Shown piece by piece: positions 28,560 to 42,723 of a stretch of 64,000 nucleotides of DNA. A program made the translations under genes and the position numbers. The notes below the pieces were generated by a model that worked only from the letters and a program-made list of their open reading frames with translations, was not told where the DNA came from and did not search any database. The DNA comes from Octopus sinensis (Eukaryota): positions 86,056,001-86,120,000 of the forward strand of contig NC_043003.1 in the NCBI RefSeq assembly GCF_006345805.1, read 5' to 3'. Numbering within the stretch: the first letter of the stretch is position 1; the number at the start of each line of letters is the position of its first letter.

Positions 28560-29180
28560 TTATAATAAAGAGTAAAAATCATTCATGATTTTACCAGATG
28601 GTCAGCGCGGAAATAAAAGCCTCATAGGTAAATTTTACAAAATATTTTATAATTATATACATAATTATAACAAGGGATTGGCTATACACCTTACCACGCA
28701 CTATAAAAATAGGCGCCAGAAGACACTATTACCACATTAAAATCTCCGAGAATAACACACTAAGTTGTAGGCAAGCAAAAGAAAGATAATGAATTGAACT
28801 TATAGTTAACCGTGTACAAGATCCTGTTTCAACCTGGGATATAAAAGAAAAATGTGAATTCTACTTTGCAGTATATTTCTACGCGTGTGGATGGATATTG
28901 GCTATGCGAAGTCACGGCTCACATTCATATTTTGAGATAATCGTAAATTTATGCTATGGAATACCGCTGCTGATGATAGCAGTAATATTTTTTTTACTTT
29001 AAGCTAGAAACAGGATCTTGTACACGGTTAACCATTAGCGATTCCTTATCTTTCTTTTGCTTGCCTACAACTTAGTGTGTTATTCTCGGAAATTTTAATG
29101 TGGTAGTAGTGTCTTCTGGCGTCTACTTTTACAATGCGTAGTGAGGCGTATAGCCAAATCCTCTGTTTAATTATGTATAT
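28560..29180. mobile_element. (TA)n-embedded fold-back element with hammerhead, inside an LGR intron
   Basis: Arms 28655-28830 and 29007-29180, spacer about 176 bp, unpaired tail 28560-28654, (TA)n flanks. Confidence 0.75.
28963..29028 (+). ncRNA. Type I hammerhead ribozyme motif with complete core
   Basis: Stem I ACCG(C)TG/CACGGT; CTGATGA 28970-76; stem II TAGC/GCTA plus AGTAA/TTACT; GAAA 29007-10; helix III ACAGGATCTTGT; triplet GTA 29020-22. Confidence 0.7.
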
Positions 29181-29251
29181 AATATAATATATATATAATA
29201 TTAATATCATATTATATATAAATTAATATATATATATATATATAATTATAA

Positions 29252-29317
<66 letters not shown>

Positions 29318-29762
29318 ATCTACATATATATATATATTGCACAAACAGCATGTTTTAAAGAATCTACGATAACTGAAATAAATATATAGAATTAAAAATA
29401 AGTTAATTAAGAGTTTATACGTCATACAATTTGACAAGCTCCATATATATTGGATCACTCAAAAGAGTATGTATCCCCTTATTCTTCTGTCCAGGAAGAA
29501 ATATTACTGCAATCACCGTTTAAGTCAAACGTAAACCAGAACCATGTTGAAATCCTTAAACTACTTTTTTCAATCGTACACTTATCAACATCAGTATTAA
29601 ATAACACGCATAATACATACACATACAAATAAATACACATTATACTTATGAACACGCATATACTTAAGAAAACAGTAGTTTAAAAACAAGTATATTAGGG
29701 ATTTAAAACAAATATAAAAAAATAATTGCATGTAAGATATATCAAAGATTCATAATACTTAC

Positions 29763-29834
29763 AAATAATCTAAGTCCTTCAAATTTGCGAATGACATATA
29801 TTCTATCGAACTTATTTGATTGACATGAAGAAAT
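29763..29834 (-). CDS. LRR exon (72 bp) of a type-B LGR-like GPCR (LGR4/5/6 or rickets-like)
   Basis: Minus strand ttattttctatattttccag|...|gtaagt, phase 2-2. Encodes FLHVNQISSIEYMSFANLKDLDY(L), a complete LRR, and splices in frame to 25567. Confidence 0.9.
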
Positions 29835-30379
29835 CTGGAAAATATAGAAAATAAATAACAAGATAAATGCCAAATTTTAATCTTTAGCTGAAATTATACA
29901 GATTTTGTACGATTTTATTAATATTCTTTTGATAAATATTCTCTGTTTGAATAGATATTTGAAGCCTACTGCTTTAATACTTTTTATATCGGAGATTTCG
30001 TGATTTGAAATCTGATATCTGATCTGCAACAGATTAGAATCAAATATTTTTCATTAGATCATGTGAAATTTAAGTGACATCTTTTTCACAAACACTACTC
30101 AGCATTATTAAAACAAGTAACTATTTCTTTCCGAAAACTGAAATCGTAAACTATGTTATGAGATTTATTGCTTGTATATACAGCATTGTCTGTGTGCAAA
30201 TTAATAAAGAAGGTTTAGAGAAATTTAGCCTGTTATATTTGGTAGAATGTTCCACAGGGGTCGACTTTGCCTTTCATCCTGTCGAGGTCGATAAAATAAG
30301 TACCTGTTCAATACTAGATAATTGACTTATCCCCTTCCCCGAAATTGCTGACCTTGCGCCAAAATTTGAAATAAATATT

Positions 30380-32310
30380 TGATAGAATGTTAGGTAACAT
30401 CAACTTCACCTATGTCAGATCGCCTGAATGCGTCATGCTCTCAGGAATGACACGCCACCAACAAGTACAGCTGGAGTTTGTATTCAACTTCAGCAATATT
30501 TTATTCATGGAGCAAATTGGACTTCAACCAACTAGGGAAAATAGCATACTGGATTTCTACATCACAAACAATATGGATATCATGCATAATGTGAATGTGA
30601 CACCAACACGAATCTCTGATTACAATATAATAGAGATGGCTATGTACGGATCACAAGAAGCTGGAGACATACAGCTTATAAGAAGCATCCGAAACCATTC
30701 CAGTTTGAGCTTTCATTAAGAAAACTGGAAAACTAATCAGAAAGACATCCTCAAACAGGATTGACCTAAATGCCTCTCCACACGAGACATCGACATGAAG
30801 CTTAAATGTTTCATGCCGGAAATACAAGCCCTATGCTACAAATCTGTCTCAGAGCAAAGGACATCACACACAAGAAAGAGATTCCCAAGGATAGGAAAGT
30901 TTTTATGAGGCGACGGACAAAGATTGCAAACAGCACAAAAGTTGTAAAAAGCTCCGTCTGAACACAACAATGATGGAGAGGGAGAAAAGTCTGAAACAAT
31001 CCGATGAGAAAGAGCGAGCAGATAAAGAGGCCCGGGTTATAATAAATATAAAGTTAGACCATAAAAACGTTCTTTAACGTCGCCAAGTAAATGGCCACAT
31101 TACCCAATAAGGGCTCTTCATATAAAAGGACGGCTCCCTTACAGGAAACCCAAGGAGGACAAGTGGAATATTGAAGGAACAGTTCAAAAGTGATTTAAGT
31201 TAGGACACAGACAATTGAAAAAAGTAGCGAAGTTCTTTGGCTCTACACCTATAACCAGGAAGGTAGTAATAATTTATTACGTAGATATCAAATATGTGAT
31301 ACTGACCATGGATGAGATAGATGCAAACTCAGCTGCTAGCACTGATGGATTCTTAGCAATCCTTCTCAAATCATTCAAAGAGTCCTTGTAAAGCTACTGT
31401 AGCTTCTTTTTCAGAGTACATTGCAACAGGTAAGTACCCAGCAAATTGTATGAGGGAATAATATGCCCTATCTATAAAAGGGAAAACAGAGCAGATGCTA
31501 AAAATCTAGGCCTAACTCTCTGACTTCACACATCATCAAAGTCAGGGAACGAATAGTCCGAAGGAAACTAATTCGTTGCGATATATCTCGACTTCGGAAG
31601 AGTTTGTTAAAGTCAACATTGTATAATATGCAACAAGCTACGTGTTCTGGACATAGTCCGAAAAGTTAGACTAATCAGTGCGTGACATAGGCATTGACAT
31701 GAATAATGATGCATCTTTCCATACGCATATTACTTAGTTGGTAATAAATGAGAGAACAGGAAACCACAGAGGTCCTCTAGAGAACAATTGTCTTCATCTG
31801 CTTAGACCACTGCTCTTAATTGTGGTTACCACACAGTGCAAAATTAATGGAGGAACTTGAAGTAATCCAAGCGAAGGTATACAAATAAGATACAGTCTCA
31901 GTGCGACAGGTCAGTAACCGGGAAAAGCTGAAGAAGTTAAGACTCTACTACCTAGAGTGAAGACCGGAAAGATATGCAGTGATACGTATATGGAAAATCT
32001 TAGAAGTATTTGATTCAAGTTTTGGCATTGAAAGTTATCAGAACGGGCACTACTGCTTAGTACCAAAGATCCCAAGATTGCCATCAAGATACTGCATCAA
32101 CTTGTGTTTCATGAATCAAGAGCTCTTCAATATCTTACAAAAAAACCGGAGAAGTCATCATGGGGTGGGTGTAGTTGTCTTCAAATCAAACCTAGATCGC
32201 CTCCTGTCAAGAGTTCTGGATTAATCTAACTTGTGGCAGGAAACGTAAATGAAGGTAGCAACATCAAACTCCCTCGTTTACCAAATGTCACACATCATAG
32301 GGAGTTTTCA
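30380..32310 (+). mobile_element. CR1/L2-group LINE relic (endonuclease end, RT, 3' end)
   Basis: QPTRENSILDFYITNN...ISDYNII; AASTDGFLAILLKS; IICPIYK; LTSHIIKV; IWKILE; many stops and deletions. Confidence 0.8.
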
Positions 32311-34887
32311 AGTAAGTGCAGCCAAATTAACGACGGAGCAAATGCAAATTGACGCTACTTCAATTAGCATTACTGTAATATTAATCAATTTATTTCAATA
32401 CAGCCATACATCTTATCACAACCATACATCTCATTTGTCCAATGCTTCGGAAGCTCTTCGGAAGCGGTTTACGACATGTATTTTTCTTGGAAAACTCGAT
32501 ATGTCTAATTATAAATGAAACGACTTATTAGCTCATTGTCCCTATAGAGTTTATTACTTAAATAACATCGAGGGATCAAGCAAATTCTAGAAACAAATTG
32601 CTCATATCATTACTTCAGTGACATTAATCTGTATCGTTGATACTCGAAAAAAAAGCTCTAGGATTTATGCAGCTTACGTCTAGTCATGACATCAGCATCA
32701 GTCACATATCACTAGAATGGGATTACATAAACAATAATCATAATTCTTTTTTTCACATCCTAGTTATCTAAGTTTGATGTTCAATAATAATTTCCTGGTT
32801 TTAACATACAATTTATACGATTAGGTTCGAGATCAGGAATTCATGTGTTGTATGTTGCTATTCTGCACATCTCTTCTGTGTACAACTGCTGTTGTTCACT
32901 GATTTCCGTTAAGAGGATAATAGAGATTGTGTAAATGTCAGAGATCCAATCAAAATGCTTAATTACATCCATTTTATTATACAGCATTTCCCTGAGCAAA
33001 TCGATTCCTAGTTGATTCATTTGCATTTCTCCTAAATTGATAAATAAATCGATAAAATAATGGCTTCCAATTTTGGAGCAAGGGCATCAATTTTTGGAGA
33101 AGGGGGAAGTCGATGACAACTACAAAAGGTACTTTTTTTATCGACTCCAAAAATATGAAAGGCAAATTTGACCTTGATGGAATTTGAACTCAGAACATAA
33201 GAGCAGACGAATGCCGCTAAGTATTTTGCTTAGCGTATTAACGAGTCTTTCAGCTCGCCGCCTTAACGGGATGCGATATAAATATCACGTATCTATACTT
33301 TTAATCATTACTTAAAATCTTCACTATCTTATTAAAGATAATTATCTTGATAATAATACTACTGATTATGATGAGGATAATCCCTTCATTTTCTTTCCCT
33401 TCATCGTTGCCTTTTTTTCACATTTTTTTAATACTCAAACGTCCTTAATGTAACTGGATTCAAGATAATAAAAGAACTCACAATGCTTGCCTATACGTCA
33501 GCTCAGAATAGATGTAGCTTTCCTGCTAGTCAAAAATATCTCATACGGCTATTGTTGCTATATATTTGTCCCATATTCTTACTTCAATAATACTTTCCCG
33601 AAGATTCTGGGGAATAATGGATATCAACAATGAGCTAAATCAATCAGTTTAGGCCTCCTCATAAAATCGGTTCTTTGTATTGTCGACAGGAATCCCATGT
33701 CCCAGTTTTCTCCATTGTTTCGTATTTTTCTACATTTTGACTCATTCTTCTATACTGTGCCTTATCCTTTCACATTGTGTTCCATGCCTCTATATTCCGA
33801 CCCCCAATGTTGCTCGTAGCAATCTCGATTCTTATCTTCACAATCGATAGAATACTATGTGGGCCGATTTAATTGATTATAGCTGTCCACTAAAATATTT
33901 AGTCGCGTGTCTAATCAAGTGAACATTTTATTACTTTCTACTTCGTAACAACAGGAACCTATTTTGTACTTTGATATGTTCTAATCTTCTGATTGGGTGA
34001 TTTTTGGCTTTCTCTATAATTCCATTGGACTGCTGTTAACTTGCGCACGAGTCTTCACAATGGAAGTTGTTATATTTTAGCTTATCTATATGTAGTATGT
34101 CAGGGAGCTATATGCACATTTGTAAAGCTGTTGATTGTCGTTGTTTGACATATGCTAATACTCACTGAAATATCAACATTATTCACCCACGTTAGTTTTA
34201 CTATATTAATCTACATTAAAACAATTTACTCTCTAACATTTTACCGCTTCCATTCATAAATGCACATACAATGAATTATTCAATAAGTGCTGCGCATATG
34301 TGAACAGGTTTAGTGTATAGATTCTAAAGAGAAGAAAAAATACAAAAATAAAAACCAAACAAAAACAAACTAGTTTCATGAAAATCCATAAATATATCGA
34401 CTATGGTTTTCACAATAGCACAACGAACAATTTTTGTTGTCGAAATTGATTGATTGAGAAACATAAATCTATGAAACAGTGAGTAATAAATTCCTCGATT
34501 CACTGGCACTCAATGGCTGTGTTGGCAATCATAAAACAGCTATGATTCATCAGTTTAGCAGTAGTGTTCTCTATTTATATATTTTATATAAAACGAACAG
34601 GCCTTTATCTCATCGATAACGTCGTAAATTAACATCTGTAGATTACAAACATATTTTTTGTTTGAGATTAAGAAATAGCTATTATTTTAAGTTATTCAGA
34701 ATACTAAATGACCGTAACGGAAAATAATGGTATCTCTTCTGGAAAACAAAAAGGAATAAAAACGACATCTATCTGTATTTTACTGGCAGAGGCTTCCGAT
34801 GACCCCCAGGCAAGAGGCAAAACAAACATATAAACCTAAATAATTGTATTCTTATATAAGACATACATTGTATCGAAGTGCTAACAC

Positions 34888-35170
<283 letters not shown>

Positions 35171-35171
35171 T

Positions 35172-35770
35172 TGATGGCTTTCTTCAGTTGCTTGGATTTC
35201 AAACCTTTCTTCTGCAGGAAATAGCGCACCGATGGCGCTGGAGAGCCGCTGTAGTCGAGTTGAATGGGCAATGACGTTGCATGCCACCCCTCAACAATGG
35301 CCTCGTCGAATAAGTCGTGATTTCGTTTTCTATACCTTAAGGAAAATATCAAGTTTGTCAATCTAGGGCACTGCAAGTTCGACCACTATGATTGCTTCTG
35401 TATTCCTGGAGAGCAAGAACATGTCTGTTCGGAGTGATGTCGCCACTATCTCCTCTGGGAGGACAAGTCTCTCCTTCAGGTCTCTTGCGTCTCCAAGTCT
35501 GAGGTTGAATATAAAATGGAAAACTGGACCCTTCCATTGCTTTCACCATGAGAACTTTGCCGCCTTCTTTTAAGAATTTGCTAACATTTGGTGGTGGTGG
35601 CCAGTATTTATTAGCCTTCACTCTTTATCGATCAATCTACTTGGAAATTTCTGCAAGGACCTCCTCATGTCTCCACTTGTATCGACCTTCTTCGAGTGTC
35701 CTAGGGCACCTGGCGAAAATGTGTATCAGTGTGTCTAAAGTTGCTTCGCACAGCTGGTAGGATGGTTCTT
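35172..35770 (-). mobile_element. RLE-type non-LTR retrotransposon 3' relic (HERO-like)
   Basis: LCEATLDTLIHIFARCPRTLEEGRYKWRHEEVL zinc knuckle; LVLPEEIVATSLRTDMFLLS...IIVVELAVP RLE motif; ends in (GAAA)n. Confidence 0.7.
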
Positions 35771-36046
35771 TTTCTTTGCTCCATATTTAAAGACCATATG
35801 GAGTTGGAAAGAGGTCAGCGAAAGCACGAAGGGTTAAATAAATCTTCCTTGCTCAGTGATCCAGAGTTCCTTCGAGGACAGTGGGCGCCCGAGTACCTGG
35901 TCCCACTATATCCATTGACCGCAGCGGGCAAACCATACTACCTTCACTCGGCGATTCTTTGTTGCATCACTGATCCTTTGCGTAAAGAGTTCTCTCTTAT
36001 TCTTTGTATTAGTGTTTTTTCAACTCATTGTTCTTTAAGTGCCAAG

Positions 36047-36084
<38 letters not shown>

Positions 36085-36945
36085 TCATTCAGAATTTAAG
36101 GGAACAATATACACGTAAGGGATTGTTAAAAATAATCCTGATGCCAACTGGGTTTAACTAAATATATTGATAGGAAGATCATCACTATGTATGTGTATAA
36201 GCAGTCTCATAAAATTAAAAAGTCAATAATTGAAAATGGAGAAGAAAAATTTAAAAGATGCTTGGTTCTTTTTATTTGTATTACAATTGGAAAAGTAATG
36301 CAAATTAAAATACTATAAGAGTATAAAAGGAATCGCCACAACCAACAAAATGACCACAAAATATTAAAAAAAGATATGCTATATACATGTTTTGATATCA
36401 CAATATTTAAAAATCATCAATAATCATCGCTTCAAAAGATGCAATGATGTGTATATTGTTATATTCTTCAGAAAAAATAAGTGTATTATAGTCTTGAGCT
36501 TCGAAATAATTTATTTGACTTATTTGATATGTTTAGATATTTTCAAATGTAAACAAACTTAATTTGAAAGACGCATAGTTCATGTGCTTAGAAATTTAGT
36601 TTAAACTTTAGCTAATATTGAACGTTAAAATGCTACTAAAGCATCAAATCCATTGGAAAAGAAACCACACTTACTATATTATATTTATATTCACATTTAC
36701 ACTTATAAATGTCAACGCGATGGAGGTGGCAAAAGGACGGCTGTAACATTTCATCAGTCGTGCAATATACGAAAAACTACACTAGGATATTTTTGGAGTA
36801 TTTTGTTGATAGAGACGGTTCCTTTAATACTCTTTTAGGTATATTTTCTTCATATTTTAATTTGCTTTACTCTTCTAATTGTAATACAAATAAAACAAAC
36901 CAAGCATCTTTTTGATTTTACTTTCATTGACTTTCAAATAATATA

Positions 36946-36981
<36 letters not shown>

Positions 36982-37013
36982 TGTATGTATGTATGTATGT
37001 ATGTATGTATGTA

Positions 37014-37067
<54 letters not shown>

Positions 37068-37075
37068 ATATATAT

Positions 37076-37121
<46 letters not shown>

Positions 37122-37122
<1 letters not shown>

Positions 37123-37325
37123 ATCAAAATAAGCAACAAGGATATCCAGAGGTAAGCAGTATGATCGTTTCATGTGACTCCATTTATATACATTACCTCT
37201 GGATATCCTTGTTGCTTATTTTGATTGTAATCAACCCATTTTGATTATATGGATAATACCACATTAAATTCTGGTGCCTTTAACTTAAGTACCATATTCA
37301 ACTGAATCTAAATTTTACTAAACTT
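37122..37325. repeat. (TA)n-flanked hairpin plus tail
   Basis: Perfect 34-bp inverted repeat 37122-37155 / 37193-37226, followed by an unpaired tail and (TA)n. Confidence 0.8.
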
Positions 37326-37415
37326 ATATATATATATATATATCCTTTGCGTAAAGAGTTCTCTCTTATTCCTTGTATTAGTGTTTTTTCAACTCTTTGT
37401 TCTTTAAGTGCCAAG

Positions 37416-37477
<62 letters not shown>

Positions 37478-37772
37478 CTGAAACATGATATAATGTATAT
37501 ATAAAAATTAAAAATTGTATAATATAGCATCATTTTCGAACTTCATTTTTTACAAATATATATATAATATATATATATATATTATATATATATGCATGTA
37601 TGTATATGTGTATGTATGTGTGTGGACATGTCTGTGTGTGCGTGTGTAACCTGAGAGCTTGATGTTACTAGCATATGCTACTACTACTATCAGCACTGCT
37701 TCACTCCTCTTACATCTCTCGGTATTTCTGTTTCAATGTTTAAGAGAGAGGAAGATACAGAGAGAGAGAGAG

Positions 37773-37809
<37 letters not shown>

Positions 37810-38405
37810 AAGAAAGAGAGAAAGATTGACACCGCTACTATATTTCAAATTGCTGTCTATATTTTCTTTCTTGACAGAGTGCAGAATGTGCTTGAGGGAA
37901 ATTTGTCAGTTATTTCTCAAAGTAAGGTGATGAATAACGATCTATATGGTTTTTTGTGAGCTCGTTTGAAAATTCATGAATATAAAGCGAATATACATAA
38001 AATCATAATATACACACGTATATCATTATATGTGTGTATGTGTATAAACGCACACACAGAGGCATATAAACATACATACATATATATTATATGTATATGC
38101 ATATATGTTTTTTTCTGTTTGTTTATATAGAATGACCTTCAGCATAGTTAATACGTATATAGTTAATATACATACACATGCACACACACATACATATATA
38201 TGCACGTATGTATATATATAAAGGGCAAGTTTACGAAAATAAACAAAAGACGAAGGCAGGTAGTGTACAAACAAACAGATGTATTAGTATAGCGCTCAGG
38301 AATAGAAAAAGTCTTTTATGTTTGAACCTACGCTCTCTATAGAAAGGTACGCAGAAAAAACAAGGAGAGAAAAAATGTGTGTAGTAGCTAACGATCTATC
38401 ATTGC

Positions 38406-38454
<49 letters not shown>

Positions 38455-38461
38455 ATACATC

Positions 38462-38700
38462 ATTAAAAAGCAACAAAAATATCACAAAAACTGTTAATCA
38501 GAGTTTCACATTCCCATTCGTTGGACAGATTCAGAATTTTGTTTAGAATTCTAAACAAAAGTGTGCGAGGAATGGGAGCGTGAAACTCTGAGTAACAGCT
38601 TTTGTGATAATTTTGATGTTTTTTAATAAAGCATATTACTCTACCTCTGGTATTGGAGTACTATTTTTCCACCTTGTTTCGCATTTATGTGTTTACTTTG
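38462..38700. repeat. (TA)n-flanked hairpin plus tail with hammerhead half-site
   Basis: Arms about 38462-38520 / 38566-38627; central palindrome TTTTGTTTAGAATTCTAAACAAAA; GAAA-CTCTGA-GTA-ACAG at 38582-98. Confidence 0.7.
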
Positions 38701-38877
38701 GTATATATATACATATACATACATAATACGTTCATATTAATACATTAATACTAAATTTGATAAATGCGAAGTCGAACACGAAACATAACAATACTGTGAC
38801 GTATTGACTAAAAACTTAACACTCTCACACAGACGAGTATGGCTGTGTGTGTGTGTGAGAGAGATAGAGAGAGAGAG

Positions 38878-38932
<55 letters not shown>

Positions 38933-39143
38933 GAATTAGAGAATCATGAACGATTTTAGAGGACTATCATATCTTATATTTCGAGGGTGGAATAAGCATT
39001 GCCAAAGATCTAATCGCCTAACGCCTGGAAGGAGTATTGTTGAGGAGTAGTGTCGAGGAGCTATAAGATGAATACTAGGATGTTATTTAATAGCCATTTG
39101 TCTTCTCTCCCTCTCTCTCTCTTTATATATATATATATATACG

Positions 39144-39901
39144 TTGGGTCATCCCATAAATAATGCGGTTTTTTCAATTGCATGAACTAAAAGTCAGAGG
39201 AGGACGGAATAAACTACTTGAATGAATTTGCTATAAAAGCAGATATCAATTTTATCTTCATACTTATTCTTAGTGAAAGTTTTGAAGAGTGCAGTTCGAT
39301 TTTAACAGTCATTTTCAAAGCTATAATGGAAGTGACGAAGGTGCATATTCGGCATACTTTGCATATTTGGCATAGTTTGTTTTATGAGTTCCATAAAGGC
39401 AACAACACAACTTTTAAACCCAACCTAACGATAACAAATACCTACGGCGAGCAACGTGAGCGGCTTAAGTCAGCACGAGAAGAAAAACGACCATCTTTGG
39501 TTTGAAGTCAAAAGGTGTACTTCTATCAGGATAATCCTAGGCCACATACAGCTAGCATGACATTCCAAAGGCTAGAACAGTTTGAATGGGAAACGATGCC
39601 CCACCCGCTATATTCGCCGGGCATTGTCCCATCTGATTATTATTTATTCCGCAGTCTTCAAAATCATTTGGACGGAAAAAATATGAATTCTGTAGAAGTC
39701 AGAACAGTACAGGAGGAGTATTTTTCATCACGGTCAAGTGAATTTTGAAAGACTGGCCTGGCAATTCTACCAGATAGATGGAAGAGCATTGTAAAAAAAA
39801 ATGAAGGAGGTATAGTTTAGATTAAAAAAGAACTTTGTTTTTCTTGATTTCGAAAGATAAAAAAAAAGTATAAAAAACACATTATTTATGGGATGACCCA
39901 A
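39144..39901 (+). mobile_element. Internally deleted mariner (DD34D)
   Basis: TIR TTGGGTCATCCCATAAATAATG at both ends; QDNPRPH...HPLYSPGIVPSDYYLFRSLQNHL. Confidence 0.9.
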
Positions 39902-39904
39902 TAT

Positions 39905-40444
39905 GTATGTATTGTATCTGTTGGAGCCGGTGTAACTCGTGTTTTCCGTGTTGAAGTTAAGCCGATCTCTGGCCTTATATTGAAGTCTTCCCCATTTCCC
40001 GTGCCAACTGTTACCCATTAAGATGTTTTATCTGGTTGGGCAGGCTGTTTCAGGATGCGTAGATGTGTGGCAGGCGGAGGAAAAATAGTCAGAGAAGGCG
40101 ATGGAGTTTTGTTGACGGAGAAGAGGGCTTGAAGAGAACACAAATGTGAATAAGCATTTCCTTAGAGACTATTCTGTCGATTTTGTTGAAATTTTACACG
40201 TGAACAAATTCAAAAGCTGTAGGAAAAAAATAACATCATTATAGGAATTCCCATTCAAACGCCCATTTGAGCTCACAAAAATCGATGTCAACTGAACATT
40301 ATTGAGTTTTCGAAAAAATTCGGAATTAAGTGAACTTCAGGGCATGTGATCGATCTATGTGTATGTGCCCAAAATCATTAAAATCGGTTGGACTGTGAGG
40401 GAGGAGTTAGAGTAACTTCAAACACACACACAGACACCATTGTG

Positions 40445-40450
<6 letters not shown>
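39905..40450 (+). mobile_element. Helitron/Helentron-like non-autonomous remnant
   Basis: Ends AAAATCGGTTGGACTGTGAGGGAGGAGTTAG...CACACACAGACACCATT, a similar end architecture. Confidence 0.4.
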
Positions 40451-40514
<64 letters not shown>

Positions 40515-41140
40515 CATATATAGATACATATATGTATGTATATATACATGTATATTTGAAAAAGGAAAAGAATGACTTTAGTGGTAGTTCTAATGAATTT
40601 AAAAATGCATATATCTAAAAAGTGCATATACCCCAAAAAGATGCATATTTCCAAACAGAAATGGATGGCACCCACATTTTCAATTATTCGATTGTTAAAG
40701 AGAAGAGCAACTCATGGAGGTACACTACCATTTCACTAATCCCCTTACTCCAATGTACAAGTGAAATTAAATACTTCAGTAGTGTAGATACGTATACATA
40801 TGTGTGTGTTTATCCGTATGCATGTGTATGTAGGTATAAATATACAGGTGTGAATGCATGTGTAAATATATGGGTCCGTATGAAATAAAATGTATGTATG
40901 TATGTATGTATGTATGTATGTATGTATGTATGTATGTATGTATGTATGTATGAGCATGTGTATGTATATGCATATATGTATGTGTATATGGATATATGTA
41001 TGTGTATGCATGTATGTATGTATATATATATGTATATATATATAGGTGTGTATGATATATGTGTATATCTGTAGGTCTGGCCTGACTGGTTTATATGTAC
41101 ACACACGCACACAGACACATATATGTTTATGTATATATAC

Positions 41141-41171
<31 letters not shown>

Positions 41172-41830
41172 CTATATATATATATATGTTGTTGACAAAA
41201 AACGAAGGAAAAGCAAGATGGAAGGGAGATCGATGTCATACTAGATCTGTGATATGAATGTCAGCTGTCCGTAAACATTTAAAAAATGAAACTGCTACAA
41301 AATACATACAGAAAATATTGGTATTTACCACGGATTATGCTTAGTAGGAATTGAAAATGAATGATAACACAAGCACACACACACACACACATACACACAC
41401 ACTCACACACACATACACACACACACACACTCGTACGCACGTGGAAACACATATACGCACATACACATAAAGTATACAAACGCTTAGGATCGTGGCTCTA
41501 TTTGGTCGCTTGAACAACCAGAAATAACAACCGAATCTTGCTAATCAAAACACTTAATTATCTTATGCGATGTGGTTTTATATTGAGAATATTTTTGCTG
41601 TAATTTAACTCAACGTCAGCTTCGATTATGATTATCTGTAATTAAAGGCTGTCCAGTCATTCCATCTCATCATTTGAAGCATAATGTATTCAGTACTACT
41701 CTACCCAAGTTCTTTAGTTGTTTTAATTATTTAGTTTGTTTTAGCTGCCATGGCTATAGTCGTGCCGGAACACCACTTTTCATATATAAACTTTTTTTTA
41801 AGAAAATTTAGTGTGAAATACGGCTGCTAT

Positions 41831-42213
41831 GGAAGCACTCCGTCGGTTACGACGACGAGGGTTCCGGTTGATCCGAATCAACGGAACAGCCTGCTCGTAA
41901 AATTAACGTGTAAGTGGCTGAGCACTCCACAGACACGTGCACCCTTAACGTAGTTCTCGGGGATATTCAGCGTGACACAGAGAGTGACAAGGCCGGCCCC
42001 TTGAAATACAGGTACAACAGAAACAGGAAGTAAGAGTGAGAGAAAGTTGTGGTGAAAGAGTACAGCAGGGATCACCACCATCCCCTGCCGGAGCGTTGTG
42101 GAGCTTTTAGGTGTTTTCGCTCAATAAACACTCACAACGCCCGGTCTGGGAATCGAAACCGCGATCCTATGACCGCGAGTCCGCTGCCCTAACCACTGGG
42201 CCATTGCGCCTCC
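41831..42213 (-). mobile_element. tRNA-derived SINE family B
   Basis: Reverse complement of the 9409 copy, full length. Confidence 0.85.
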
Positions 42214-42316
42214 TATGGCTGCTATATATAGTGTGGATCTCTATTGATCACCTGGTCATGGTGAACAACATCTTGATCAACGCCCTACCAAGCTTTAAAA
42301 AATATATATATATATA

Positions 42317-42723
42317 GGCGCAGGAGTGGCTGTGTGGTAAGTAGCTTGCTTACAAACCGCATGGTTCCGGGTTCAGTCCCACTGCGTGGCACCTTGGGCA
42401 AGTGTCTTCTACTATAGCCTCGGGCCGACCAAAGCCTTGTGAGTGGATTTGGTAGACGGAAACTGAAAGAAGCCCGTCGTATATATGTATATATATATAT
42501 ATGCGTGTGTGTGTTTGTGAGTCTGTGTTTGTCCCCTAGCATTGCTTGACAACCGATGCTGGTGTGTTTACGTCCCCGTTACTTAGCGGTTCGGCAAAAG
42601 AGACCGATAGAATAAGTACTGGGCTTACAAAAGAATAAGTCCCGGGGTCGAGTTGCTCGATTAAAGGTGGTGCTCCAGCATGGCCGCAGTCAAATGACTG
42701 AAACAAGTAAAAGAGTAAAAGAG
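42317..42723 (+). mobile_element. tRNA-derived SINE family A
   Basis: Full-length copy of the 7382 element. Confidence 0.85.

Noticed and set aside
34270-34323. Minus-strand 54-bp phase-2 open segment with good splice sites (IYTLNLFTYAQHLLNNS)
   Set aside because: It does not fit the LRR register when joined to exon 29834; chance is likely without RNA evidence.
40560-40790. YFQTEMDGTHIFNYSIVK, faintly C1q-like
   Set aside because: Short match, upstream stop, no splice support.
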